Counted from the whole stretch's first letter, positions 49,699 through 63,200 are shown. The stretch: 63,619 bases of DNA, filler included, from Xylographa opegraphella (GCA_022813865.1; 3 parts of 3 records of this genome joined end to end with filler, not necessarily neighbours in it); one strand, 5' to 3'. The notes: a model not told the origin generated them from the sequence alone. Translations and numbers: made by a program.

Positions 49699-51004
49699 TG
49701 TATTAATATAAACGAAACGCGCACGAATGCAATAACGAATACAATATATTAATAATATAAAATTATTATATTTCGAATATAAAATTATTATATTTCGAAT
49801 ATAAAATTATTATATTTCGAATATAAAATTATTTTTATACATTTTTATATTATCGATATTAATCGAGTTTAAAAGTTCAAGCAAATCAAAAAATTTCAAA
49901 TTTTTACAAAAAAAACGAGAAAAAATTCTCGTAATCGAAACAAAAATTATATATAAATGACATTAAATTCAATCGAGTTATAATAATATTATTATATAAA
50001 TATTGCTTTATAAAATTTTATAATTCAAATTATTTTAACGAAAATTGATTTTAAAACTTTATATTTTCATTGTTAAATTATTTTAAATAAAATATTTTAA
50101 TAAATTCGTATTGAATATTATTATTATATTACAATAATAATGAAATATATATTATATTTTTACACGACATTCGACGTTAATAATCGTACTCGCGATAACG
50201 TAACGATAAAATTAATTTAATTTAATAAAACGCGTAATTATAAAACGCGTGAATTTAAAAACTAAAAATTTAATTATTATTAAAATTATTCGATTTCATT
50301 TTAATTAATTCCTCGTTAAATTTAAAGCGTAACGTATTATATTATAATAAAATTTTTAATGAATAAAAAATGAATTTTTATGAAATCGAGTTATATCATA
50401 TAAAACCCGTTTAAGTTAATTTTACAGAAATAAACGAAATAATGATTTTCAAAATAAAAATTTTGATAAAAAATCGCGTATCGATTGTAAATCACGTAAA
50501 AAAATGAGTCACGTGATTGAAAACCACGTTTTCGCAAGTTTTATTATAACGTTTATATTATTATTATTTTAACAAAATTTTCAATTATTTTAACAAAATT
50601 TTCAAATATATTTATTTATTTGTTTATTGATTTTACATCGATGTAATTTCATTAAGCTAAAAATTAAAAAAACGCTTTAAAATAATTAATTCGCTTCAAA
50701 AACATATTTAAAAATTATAAAAATTAAATAAAATTCAATTAAGCAAAAAATATTTATCGAAAGTTTTTTTCAATTTTTTCTAAAACAAGCCTCCCACTAG
50801 GTTTATTTAAATAATATAAATACGTAATTAAATGAATTTTATTTAATAAATCTAAATTCGTTAAAATTTTTAACTTACGTTGAATATTCGTAAAATTACA
50901 GCGTTAACGAATATTCACGAATAATATTCGTTAATTCAAAACTTTATATTTTATTTTATTTTAAATTATATTATTGAAAAATATTTATTTATTTATTTAT
51001 CTAT

Positions 51005-51043
<39 letters not shown>

Positions 51044-51145
51044 TTNNNNNNNNNNNNNNNNNNNNNNNNNNNNNNNNNNNNNNNNNNNNTTAATTAATTA
51101 ANNNNNNNNNNNNNNNNNNNNNNNNNNNNNNNNNNNNNNNNNNNN

Positions 51146-51209
51146 CTAGGCCTAATGGGCTATAGTAAAGGACCAACAACACAGACTGCTAACGCCCTGA
51201 TTTTCAACA
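51146..51209. mobile_element. LTR end fragment next to a gap
   Basis: Normal-GC segment ending ...TTTTCAACA, directly followed by AT-rich DNA. Confidence 0.45.
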
Positions 51210-51627
51210 TTATTTCGTATTTACGCAAAATATAATCGTAAATAAATAAATAAATAAAATGATTATTTAATTTTAATTTTAAAAGATTTATTATTTAATT
51301 AAATTTTAAAAATAGTAAAAATTAACGATTTAATAAATATTGAATAAAAATATTAAAAATAACGTTGCTTGAAAAAATACTTGTATTGTTTAATAATAAT
51401 ATAAATATTTATTTACTTTTAAATTAACGTAATCGTATATAAAAAAGTTTTTTTTAAAAAAAAATCAATTTTCTTACCTATTTTGACAAATAATTCAATA
51501 AAGTATTAATTTTATTATTCTGATTTCACTCATTTATTTCAATTTAAAAAATAATAAAAAATAACAAAATATACGATAAAAAACGATGTATAAAACGTTC
51601 AAAATATTATATCAAAAATATAAAGTC

Positions 51628-51824
51628 TGTTGAAAGGTACGATGGGTACTGAAGCGCAGTGGTCATTCTAGCAGAATATATGGGTAAACAAGTGTGTTGT
51701 ATTAGCTATGAACAACTACGAGACTATATGCTCGCGCACTANNNNNNNNNNNNNNNNNNNNNCCCGAGCTCTCGCTTAGCAGCTCTCGCTATCCTGCAGG
51801 CAGGCCGGGACTCTATTTCTAACA
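51628..51824. mobile_element. LTR element/solo LTR with a 5-bp target-site duplication
   Basis: TGTTGAAAG...TTTCTAACA flanked on both sides by AAGTC (51623-51627 and 51825-51829); internal N gap. Confidence 0.85.
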
Positions 51825-52275
51825 AAGTCGAATAAAACGTTATCGATTAATCAAATTTATCGCTGCGAAATTTATAACGAAATAAAACACAATATTAAGA
51901 AATATTGACGTATATATAATTAAATAAATTATATAAACGTTTACGAGTGTTATAATATATCTATTTATATATACAATTTATTTATTTATTATTAACGCGT
52001 GTTAATTTATTTATTTATATACGCGTACGCCCGTGTACGAGTATTCGATTTTTTTTCGAAAGGTAAAAAATGTTCGATTCTTTAAAATTTAAAAACAGGG
52101 TATATAATTCTTTTACTCATAAATAAAATTAACTGATCAGAATAATTAACTACGAAAGAAAGAAACTGCTTATTTAAATTATTTTCGTGGAAAGCCCGGA
52201 ATTACGTTACCCGGCCCACAGTGCAAAGCTCCCACGCAAATCCGACCACAAAGACTCTCGCTTACAAAAATCTTT

Positions 52276-52376
52276 CGACACCAGCAGGATTTGAACCTGC
52301 GCTCCCGAAGGAAACAGATAGAAGGATCAATTCAAACGATTCAAGTCTGTCGCCTTAACCACTCGGCCATAGTGTC
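52276..52376 (-). tRNA. tRNA-Ser(UGA) with an intron of about 20 nt
   Basis: GACACTATGGCCGAGTGGTTAAGGCGACAGAC-TTGAA-[intron]-ATCTGT, long variable arm TTCCTTCGGGAG, T arm GCAGGTTCAAATCCTGC, acceptor end TGGTGTCG. Anticodon at 52341-52343; T5 terminator downstream. Confidence 0.95.
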
Positions 52377-52498
52377 TTATTTGCGTTGTCTAGTGATTGG
52401 ACCTAATCAATATATACTTTGAATGTCGCAACAATTGACTCATCCTCCGGTCGTCGTTTTGATCATGACTATGGTACACAATTATCCTGCAGCCCACA

Positions 52499-53198
52499 AT
52501 GACAAGCACTTCAGACGCTCAGAGTCCCCCAGGTAGCTCTGTTACCCCACGTCTCTTACTTGTCTCCTAATGCGATGCTAAGTTGACATTGCGAGCCTTT
52601 CTGTACAGCAATTGAGCTCCGTGAAGAAGCGCCTGGACGATGAGCTTGAACACTTGACCGCCTCGTTTACGAAGCTACAAGTAGCTCAAACCAAATTCCG
52701 GGAATGCCTCACATCGATCAGAGAAGGATTATGCTCGAAAACAGCAGGTATACCTGAGACAATCTTTCCGGTTAGTGTGGTGTACGATGCTGATGGTTCA
52801 TTGGGCAAATCCTTACTTGTGCCGCTGACCACTTCACTCTATGTGCCTGGGACCCTCGCAGACGCCAAAAATGTTATGGTGGATGTTGGGACGGGGTTTT
52901 ACATAGAGAAGGCAATACACATTACATCGTACTTTTCGTAGGGACCGACACTGACCAGGCTTATATAGAATACGAAAGACGCATTACAATTCTACGGCTC
53001 CAAGATCGAGCAGCTTGGAACGAACTTGAAAGACCTTGAGAACATAGTGCAAGGTAAATCGAACAATCTAAGAGTTGTAGAAGATGGTATGGTTGTCAAT
53101 TGTCTTTGCCGTTGGAACCATTCAACTGATAGCACAAAGTCCTTCGCCAGAAAGTGATTGTAAACAGCGGAGACACTACTCCGAGTATATCCTCTTAA
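52499..53198 (+). CDS. GIM5: Prefoldin subunit 5 (alpha type), multi-exon
   Basis: VDIASLSVQQL, LLVPLTTSLYVPG, VMVDVGTGFYIEK, NLRVVED/VLRQK. Introns 52533-52582, 52912-52968 (GC donor), 53087-53139 and an intron-like segment 52748-52804. Confidence 0.88.
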
Positions 53199-53302
53199 AA
53201 TAAGATTACTTGTCCATGGCCTCGCACTCTGGGTCAAGGCTTAGCCACGATCCATCCCTTACATCTTCGATAGACATGCTTCATCACGGTTGTTTCCACT
53301 GC

Positions 53303-56040
53303 TTATAGTTCTATAAGGGGACTGGACGGTCTAGCTTTCTGTTCACAAAGTGTCTCGCTCAGGAGGTTTACCACTGCTTGTAAGTTGTGGAGGTAGTCCT
53401 CAAAACCAGAATGAGGTCCCATGCTAGTGGAATTTCGGTTTCGAGGAAAGAAACTCTCAGCCGTGGGTTTCCATGAAACTTCAAACCCGGGCTTACAATT
53501 CGTGTTTGAAATCAGTTTCTCCTTCCATGCTACACACCATAATGAGAACCCCCATTGCGTTGTCATCGGCTTTCTAGAAGTCCTCGCTGAGCAATCGTCG
53601 GCAAGGTCGAATTTGTCGTAACGAGTGATTTCAAAGATGTACGCAGTATTCGCAGCGAGCCTATATCGCCAGATCGTTTTCTGCTGGAAGTAATAATGCA
53701 CTTTTGGGAAGTCGGCTTTCCTAGGTATACCGAACATCAACTCTGCGTGACCCATTGGTTGGGGAGTGTATGAGCAATCCAGTGCGGTTATAGCAGTTGC
53801 GAAATTGCAAATATCAGTGTCAAGATTCGCTTCGTCCACTTTGTTGTTCGCAGAAATTTGTATCTTCCAGCCCATTTTCCTTTCATCCATTAGAAGAGAG
53901 CCATATATTAAAAGTAATAACGTACCCTTGCAACGGTACTTTGTACAACTGGAGAGGTGAGAGGTTGATTCGAGTATCTCTTGTCCATTGAGTGTCAGTA
54001 ATTTCGTTCTCTGTATGTTCGGATTTCATTGGAGATATTTCCTTGCGAAGATTTAAGAATTCCGATCTTCCGAGCCCAAACTGAAACATCGCTGAATACT
54101 GCGGTGTAACATCGCCGAGATCCAAGGTAGAGGAGTCCATAGGGACAAGGAGCTCTGTGGCCATGGAGACACGTGCGAACAGCTTCTCAATGCCCTCGCA
54201 GGTTAAATGTCTACAAATCCAGGTCAATTGTGCCAACTCAAGCCATAATTCTCCGAATCCGCCGACTTACACTTGTAATAGACTCCCTTTGGTATTCGAG
54301 TCCCGCATGCTTTCTATGAAATCGTCTATTGGTATATCTAACAGATCTTTAGGCGAGTAGTACTTCCGGAAAACGAATGCACCAATATGTACCCGCATAT
54401 GGACATCTCCTCGATGATATGCCATACGAGCTATACATCCTAGGATAGAATTTTTGACTATCCTGCGGTTCTTGGCTTTCGTCTTCTTTGCAGCCTCCCT
54501 CAACTTAGCAGCGTTCTGTGGCCGAATGTCTTGTCCGCATAGATGAGCAGACTTCTCGAGTCCAGAACTTTCAGACACTGCTGAAGCACACCCACTTAGA
54601 GCCTCCTCAGATCTGAAATCTGGTTCAACCATCCTTATTGAAGACCACCCAATATCAAAGACGGGAGGGTCGATCAAATAAATCTCTAAAGGTACACTAT
54701 TGCGCGCGGCGGATTCACTGAAAGTGACTCGTAAACTTCTCAGAACTCCTTGCACAGCCTCAATTCCACCATCCTGACGGTTTGTTAGAATTCTAAATGC
54801 CGATATTCGATAGTCATATGTGATGAAGCATTCGTAGAAGGTGCGAAGGCAGTCGAGACCAGCATGACCGTGGCCAAATGTTTCGTCCGGATGTATCTCA
54901 TTGATTGGCCACAAGAATATACCCTGGGTTTATCAGTTGGTCCATAGCAACATGATAGATATACAAACAGTATAACAAAAGTTCTCTATAGTGTCTGGCT
55001 CACGACGATAAAATTCAACCTCTTGATATGCGTGGTATCGGTCAAGCCATGACTGTATCTCCTGCTTTGTATGAGCGGAGATCTTCGCCATGGCTCTTAG
55101 AGGAGCAGCTTGAGCGGACGCGATATTCCTGCTTGACTCGATACTTTTAGCGGCCCGAGCCTGTTGGACCAACCGGTTGAGACCTTGTTTAGCTGCATCG
55201 ACATCTGCGGGCAGTGTAGCCCAAATGAGTACTTCCTAGGTGTGATCTTTACGTCAGTGAGCTTGCCCAGTAGTGATCAGGATATCTTACGTGCATATCA
55301 GTGTCCATAGTGCGGATGAATGTCTTGGTTTGTTTTCCAATTTCATTCAGATGAAGAAAAGGATTTGCAGTCTTAGGCAACAAGCCATTCGTCTTTTGTA
55401 GTCTTGTACGAGTCAGTAAAATCTCCGGAATGCTCCATTGGGTACACAGCAGACCTCGCGATCAGAACGGAGTAAGGTACTGGCAATCTGAAGGAGCCTA
55501 CAACGTATCACTCGAAGCTCAAATCAAAGCCGGAATTGTAAGCTCACCATCTGCTTCCGCTCTTCTCCGCCATCGTGCTTCAGCGGGACTGTCTCTACTG
55601 TAGATAGGTCGCCGAACTTTCTTTACTTGACTAGACCGACCGATGACCTTCGTAGTACGAAGAACAGAGGTTTTTGAAGTTGCTATTGCGGCATGGTGGT
55701 GTTCAGCCGACCTCTGTGGGAATACGAGGTTGGCTGATACTTTGTTCGTGCCTCGCTCGCCGGCACTTTGCAGGTAGCTAGGGTGAGATCCGGTAGCAGG
55801 CACATCCTCATCCGACGAGCACTCCGTTTCACATACACCATTAGAGTTGCTGTCGCCTTCTGATGGTCGGCCTTGCCATTCTTTAGACTATTAGTGTATC
55901 ACCTTGAATTTTGACGCCGGCTGAAACTGAAATGCGAAATGTTGTCGATACTAACAAAACAAAAAGTGGGTATGGAAGTGGTCATTTCTACAATGGTCTC
56001 TTACCGAGAGCATTCCGTCGTTCGTATCTGTTACGGTCAT
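53303..56040 (-). CDS. Multi-exon hypothetical fungal protein (5' exons uncertain)
   Basis: Consecutive minus-strand ORFs (55519-55803, 54933-55172, 54267-54914, 53883-54236, 53303-53890) separated by GT...AG segments, e.g. GTACGT...GAAAG near 53880-53925; candidate ATG at 56040. Confidence 0.65.
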
Positions 56041-57041
56041 TCAAAATGCGGCAAAATTCTCAAGCTTTGCCAAGAGAATGACTTACTCCATACTGAGATA
56101 CTCTCGAGGGCACCTTGAGAAATGATTGCGAGAGATTGTCAAGCCACTTTGATCTTACAACTATTGATGCAATAATACTAGCAAGGAAGACAAAAGTTTC
56201 CAGCAGTCTGTAGGCAATGCAGTCAAGCCGAAGTGAAGTTTGAAGGGTCATCTGATATTAGTCAAAGTATGCTAACACTTTCATGGCAAGATGACGTGCA
56301 TGTAAGTCTTTTATGTAAGGACTCTGAGTCTCAGCAATGGTGCTAAAGAAGTGTGGGAGATGGCAGTTGTGGAAAGGCGAAGCGGCGAAGCGGCGAATTA
56401 CTCGCCTACTGTCGCAATATGGGACCCCTATCTCGGGCCCATCATTGACCGATGACCGAATGTTCGGATCGGCCGATCGAATATTATCCTGACCGGATAT
56501 TATATCCGATTAGGTAATATATACGTAATCATACGTAACCCTACGTAACCCTACGTAACCCTAAGATAATTTATATAGTCAGCGTTATTTATGTAATTTT
56601 TATAATAATATTACGTTTTTCATATATTATATTATATTAATTAATCATTTGCATTATAATATATTATTATATAATTCAATATATAATTATACTGTACACG
56701 TTGCACCTTAAATTATTATAGAATAAAACAATAAAGTTATTATTATATTATTAAAGCAACTCGGGTTTATATCGAAATATTTAAAAAAAAACTTATTTTG
56801 AAAATAAAATAAAAAAGCGTTATATGTTATCGCGTTAAATTACGCTAAATTTTGCTTCAAATATTATTTAAAAATATTATTTAACTGCTTTAATTAGTAT
56901 ATTAATTTTATTTAGTTTAATTTGATATAATATCGTTATTTTAGCATTTTTATTTATATCTCGGTGGGGTTTTTATAAATAAAAAGCAAAGTAATAGCAA
57001 CGATTATCAATATTTATAAAAATATATAAAAAGCTTATATT

Positions 57042-57232
57042 TATTAAAAGGCACGTGTACATGGATCAGGGCGGGGGCAACAGTAATCGTATATTCGGTG
57101 AAGTTCGGTATAGGCCACGAGAACGTGACATATACCTCCTACGCTAGTACTGAACTACGCTATACATAAATAGAACTAGCCTTCAGGTATTCCTTTATGC
57201 CTACCAGCAAGTGATGCTTCTATCAATTAACA
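57042..57232. mobile_element. Possible solo LTR
   Basis: Normal-GC island with an internal TATA-like ATAAATA, ending ...ATTAACA; its start TATTAAAAG could be a mutated TGTTGAAAG. Confidence 0.45.
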
Positions 57233-57768
57233 TATTTTATTATTATAATTTTAGTTTTGTTCGTGTTTTTAATATTTACTATTAATATTATGATTATTAA
57301 AAATCCCTTGATATTTCGTTGTATAATTTCGCCGGGTCTTTTTAGGCATTATTTTCTTATAATTTATTACGAATTTATAATATTAACTCCTTTTTTAAAA
57401 CTTTTATTTTTAAAAATATTGTATTTTTACAATATACCTCGTTACAACAGTAACGTTTTTCGTCGTCAATTATTGAATAATTTTTTATTAGGGTATTACG
57501 ATGGTTTTTAGATACGCGATTTATTAAAAAATTTAAAAAAAATTATATTTAAAAAAAATTATATTTAATTATCGCATTCGAATTTATATTTTGCTTATTT
57601 TCGTTAAAGTCATTTTTATAACTATGAATTTTTCTCGAACATTAATTTATTAAAGATTAATAAAAAACGGGTGCGTTTTAATAAAAATTAAATAAAATTA
57701 AAAATACTATCAAATCGATGCAATCGAAACGTCGTTTATTAATTAGATAAAAAATATTTAACCGCGAG

Positions 57769-57952
57769 TGTGACGGCTATGACATCAGTCACAGGTAATA
57801 GGGGTCGGGCTGGATCAGGACTAGCACCTTTAGTNNNNNNNNNNNNNNNNNNNNNNNNNNNNNNNNNNNNNNNNNNNNNNNNNNNNNNNAAATCGTCCAC
57901 CTAAAGCTTACGTTCTAGGCGTGCTTGTGTGGTGAGTTGATGAGCCGTAACA
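57769..57952. mobile_element. LTR (gap inside)
   Basis: Imperfect inverted termini TGTGACGGCT...AGCCGTAACA; right part nearly identical to 25737-25799. Confidence 0.7.
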
Positions 57953-60049
57953 AAAATCCATATTTTTTAATATTATTATTTAATAAAATTTCTATATTTA
58001 TCGAAATTAATTTTGAATTTTTATATATTTTCGTTATTCGAGTATTTAGTTTATTTTATTAAATAATTCAATATATCATTAGCGAAGTCGTTATGTTGAT
58101 TTAATATTTTATCGATTTTTATCGCTATTTTTATTTTATTGAATTATTATTTAAAATTTATATTAACTTTGAAACTTTTCTTAGTGCGGGTTTTAATAAC
58201 GAGATATAAAATATAAAATATTTCTTTGTAATTTTAGCTCGAAACTCGTATTTTTAATATTACGAATAATTTTAAAGACTTCGATTTTATTATAATTTAA
58301 TTTATTATTAAATCTGATTATTTTAATGTTTTTCAAAATAAATAAACTTTATTTCCCTTTTTTAATATAAAGCCCCTGGATTTATATTAAATAATATAAA
58401 AAGTTAATTTAAAAAACGATAATTCGATAATTTTGAATTTTTTTATAGTTCTCGAAGTTTTTAAATTAAAATATTCATTATTTGAATAATTATTTTCGCT
58501 AATTATAAATTTTAAAATAATCATGCGCAATATTCGTAAATAATATGAATGATATTTAATTAGTTATTTGATTAATATTATTATTATAAATTAATTGTAT
58601 TATTAATAACAATTTTATCTAATCGTTTTGTCGGTAATTAATATATATACGAATATATACACGAATATGTTATTCGATTTTTTTTAAAAAAAAATTTCAA
58701 AAAGAAATCGACCTTTATTATTATATTATTTAAATTTTATTAAAATTTTTATATTTCATAACTCATTAGCAAAAAGAATTCTTATTTAAATATTCAAGTT
58801 TTACAAATCGATCAAAAAGCATGCTTTTTGCGCATTTATCGCATTTAACACGTTTAGCACGTTCAGCAAAATCTTTTGCTTTAAACTCTTTTAGTAATTA
58901 TTTTTATATTTAAAATACGTTTAAAATATGTTTTTAATACCTTTTTAAAATATAGCTAAAAATAGAATAAATTATAAAGTTTTAAATTAACGATATAATC
59001 CGTAAATATTCGTTAACGCTGTAATTTTATGAATATTCAACGTAGTTTAAAAACTTTAACGAATTTAAATATTTTACGTAAAATTACCTTAATTACGTAT
59101 TTATATTGTTTGTATAAACCTAGTAAAAGGCCTGCTTAAAGGGATTTGTAAAAAATTCGAAAAATATTTTTTGCTTAATCAGCTTTTATTCATTTCTAAT
59201 AATTTTAAATAATTTTTAAAACGAATTAATAATTTTAAATAATTTTTAAAACGAATTAATCATTTTGGGATATATTTTTAATTTTTTAATATAATAAAAA
59301 AGTTGCTGAACGTATTAAACGTGTTAAATACGCAAAAATTATGGAAAAAGTATATAAAAATCAAAATTTTTGTACTATTTCTGCAGATTTGCTTTTTACG
59401 CAAGAAGTATAATTTTTGATCGAATTTTCGTTTTTCCTTTTTGTTAATATTTTAAATAACTTATTTTCTTTTCTTTGTTATTATTGCTATTTTATAAAAT
59501 TAGTTATTTAATAAACGACATTCGTTTTTGTTTTCTTAAATTTTACATTAAGTTATAACTGCTTGAATTTTTTTGAATTTTTTTAAATCTTTTTTATAGT
59601 TTAATTAATTAAATCGTAAAAAAAGTTCAGAATCGAGTTTATATTTTCTAACGATTTTTTCTTTTTATAATTTATATTATGAATTTTTAGTAGCTTTTTC
59701 TCGTACTTATTCTTCTTTTAATATTTTAAAATTTCAAGATTACGTAGCGCGTTTTGTAATTTATAACGCTTTTTTAAACTTTAATATTAAAAAAATGTTC
59801 AAAGCCGTTTTTATTATTATAATATATAAAATAATTATTATCGTAGAAAATTATTTCTAATAAACTGCTATGACTTTGCTTTATAATTACGGCCAATTTT
59901 TTTTCTCTAAAATAATATATTTCGTTTCGATAATATTTTTTTATATTAATGATAATCTCGTATAAAATCTCCTTGGCGGTCGTAATTATAATGTTTTTTC
60001 AATATAATAATTTTTTTTAATTTTTATTTTACCTTTTTTTACGAAACTG

Positions 60050-60280
60050 TGTTACGGCTCGCTATCTCACCAGAAAAGCAGGCCTAGAACCACAGCTATA
60101 GGTGAGCGATTTCAACCTAGAATAATANAAGGAAGCAAGTTTAGTAATACACGTAGAAGTTAAAATAAACAGTGCTAACGCCAAGACTCCTACCCGCTTT
60201 CGAATTAGCCTGAGTCCCGGACGCGCTTTAGTCCCGTTCCGTCTATCACTTGTTAAGGTGCCATGTAACACGCCGTTACA
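60050..60280. mobile_element. Solo LTR related to the 25725/57890 family, in the opposite orientation
   Basis: TGTTACGGC...GCCGTTACA termini; the first ~70 bp align with the reverse complement of 25725-25799. Confidence 0.75.
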
Positions 60281-63200
60281 AATTTATTAAATCGTTTAAA
60301 AAATTTAAACGCACCGGTCCTTTGGCTTGTAAATTAAATTTTTCGAAAAATATATAAATATATTCGATAATTTTAATCGTTTATTTAAAATTGATAATAT
60401 TTTTTAATAAAATTCATATAATAAATCGAGATTTAATTGATAATTATTCGTATTAATAAAAGGCCAATCGAAATATAAAATTAATTGATTTTTAAAACGT
60501 TGAAGGGTAAAAAAAAAACGTAAATATTTAATAAAATATTTCGTGCGCTGAATAAAATACGATCCGGAATACGATAATTAATATAACGTTTTAAATCTCG
60601 ATAACGCGAAAAATTTAATAGATAATTTTAGAAAGAAGGCAATAAAAAATACGAAATTAATATTATTTTAAAATTCTTTTTTTCTATTTAATATTTCGCG
60701 CTTTTAAAATAACTTTTTTATTTTTATATTAAATATTTACTATAATTATAGCGTATGCTGCAATTACAGATCGCAGGTTTTTATTATACATTTTTACTGC
60801 AACTGCAGTTGCCCTAATTGCTTATTAAAGCTTTTATTATATATAATTAATGAGGGCTTCCTGCTCAATTAGGAAACTTTATATATATATAAATAAAGCT
60901 TTCGATTTTGCAAATTATCATTCTTTACTATTTATACAATTATTCGTTTTCAGCAGTATTTATAATATAAAAATAATATAAACGCTAGCCCGATATTGAA
61001 TTAACGTAATTATTAATTCAACGTAATTATTAATTTAACGTAATTATTAATTAAACGTAATTGTTAAACTAGCGTAATTATATATAAAAAAGTTTTTTTA
61101 TTAAAAAAAACAACTTTCTTACGCATTTAAATAAACAATTCAATAAAATATTAATTTCACTATTTTAATTCTATTTATTTATTGCAACTGGTTATAAATT
61201 CGGGTTCGCGTAACGATTAAAAATAGTTAATTATATAAAATAGTCTAGTACTCGATAATTTATTACGAAATATAATATTGATAAATATTCTAATTGTTTA
61301 TTACGCGTTCTTTACGATAAAAATAAATAAATATATATCAAGCGGCTTTTATTACGCGTTCTAAAGAAGTAAATAAGCCTCGCGATTATTTATTACGTGA
61401 TTTCTTTAATAAAAATAAATATATATATCTTTTCGCGATTATTATTACGCGTTTTTAAAAATTAAATAATTTTTTTGTAATTTAAAGGTTCACGATACTT
61501 ACCATAGCAAACTACGCGAAATTAACATATATATATATCTATCGACAGTTTAATATAGTAATAAACACTTTATTTTAATAATAATTTTTTGTCGCGAGTC
61601 GAATTTTATATTATTTAAATAATTATTTATGTTAATTAATTCGTAAATAGGTTAAAATTTAATAAACGATATCGTATATTATATATTTTTTTTAAATTTT
61701 TTTTTATAAAAAATCTGTTATTATAAATTTTATTGAATTTTATAATTTTAAACGCCCTTTCTCTTTGCTAATAAAAATAATTTATTTTTAATAATTTATT
61801 TTCGTTAAAATTACTTTACATTCAAGCAAGTATTGTATATAATTAAATAAATATTTAACTTTTACGCCGTAGTTATATTTATCAATTCGAATGTTATTTT
61901 AATTAATAATTTTATTTTTTTAATTTTTAATTTTTAATTTTTTAAAAATTAATTCAAATTTTGCCGTTATATTTAACAACTATAAACGAGCCAAATAGAT
62001 TAAAAGTAACGTAAAAGTATATTATTAAATAATTATTTATATTAATAATATCGATTAAAAATACGTATAAACACTCTCGATAGCTAAAAATAAATAAGTT
62101 TTATTAAAACGTAAGTATATATACATTTTTTTATTAATAAATCGATAACTAGTAAATAATTTTGTTAATTATAAAAAATTTAATTCGATTACGATTAAAA
62201 AAGTTTAGATATATATAAAAAATTAAAAAATAAATCGTAACAGTAAATTTTATATTAACGATTATTTTCGATATTATTAAAGTTTTTTAATTGCTTTTTT
62301 ATTCGTTTCTTAAGGAATATAAAACAATTAAGAATAATTTTAACGTACGAGAAATCTGTAACGTCGAGGAAAAATTCGTTAAAATATTAAAAAAAACTTA
62401 TTTTAAAAATTTAAATAACATCGCGTTTTAAAATAAACAAAGCGATCGCGAAAAAAAAATAAAAGCAATAATTTTTATTATTGAAAAAGATTATTTAATC
62501 TCGAACGATCGAGGCTTTATTATAATAAATTTAATAAATTCTTTTTTTAAATAAAGAAATCTCGTTTGGTAAATTATAATTAAATCTGTTTCGCTTAAAA
62601 CCAATTTAATACGAAACGTTTAAATAATTTTCTAAATATAAATCGTTTAGTAGTAAAATTTTTAATAAAAATAAAAAAATATAAAAAAAATAATCGAAAT
62701 AAAAATTACCGCGAATACAACGCTAAAGATTAATTGAATAATAATAAATTAACGAATTTCGAAATCCATTTAAAAAATAAAACGATCGAAATTATCGCTT
62801 TTTAAAAAGCTTTTATTAATAAAATTTTTGAATTTAATTAAATAGTCGACTTTATCGCTTTTTTTTTATAATTAATTAATTTAAATTTTTTAATAAATTT
62901 TTAGTCAAAATAAAAAAACTTTGAAAAATAATTAAAAAAAATTAAATATCGACTACGCTAGCACGATTGTTATATAAAATTAATAAATTTATAAAATATT
63001 TTTATTTTTAATTCTTTATATTCCCGATTTTGATAGTAATTTTTTGAATAAATAAATATACGAAAAGAACTTGCGTAATAATTTTAATAAAAATATTATA
63101 TATATATAATTAAAACGATAAATAATTAATTACTGCTCGTAAAAAAAGAACGTATATATTATTAAAAAAAATAGCAAAAAAATTCAATAATTTCGTTTTT

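Larger units (their letters stand above)
49700..52190. mobile_element. AT-rich RIP-degenerated transposon block, including a 22-bp tandem repeat (~49755-49830) and (TTTA)n (~50983-51045)
   Basis: 50640-50950 is an inverted homolog of ~58970-59290; 51420-51545 resembles 61070-61190. Confidence 0.8.

Noticed and set aside
53880..53925. Apparent frameshift between ORFs 53883-54236 and 53303-53890
   Set aside because: Explained by a normal GTACGT...CTAAT...AAG intron.
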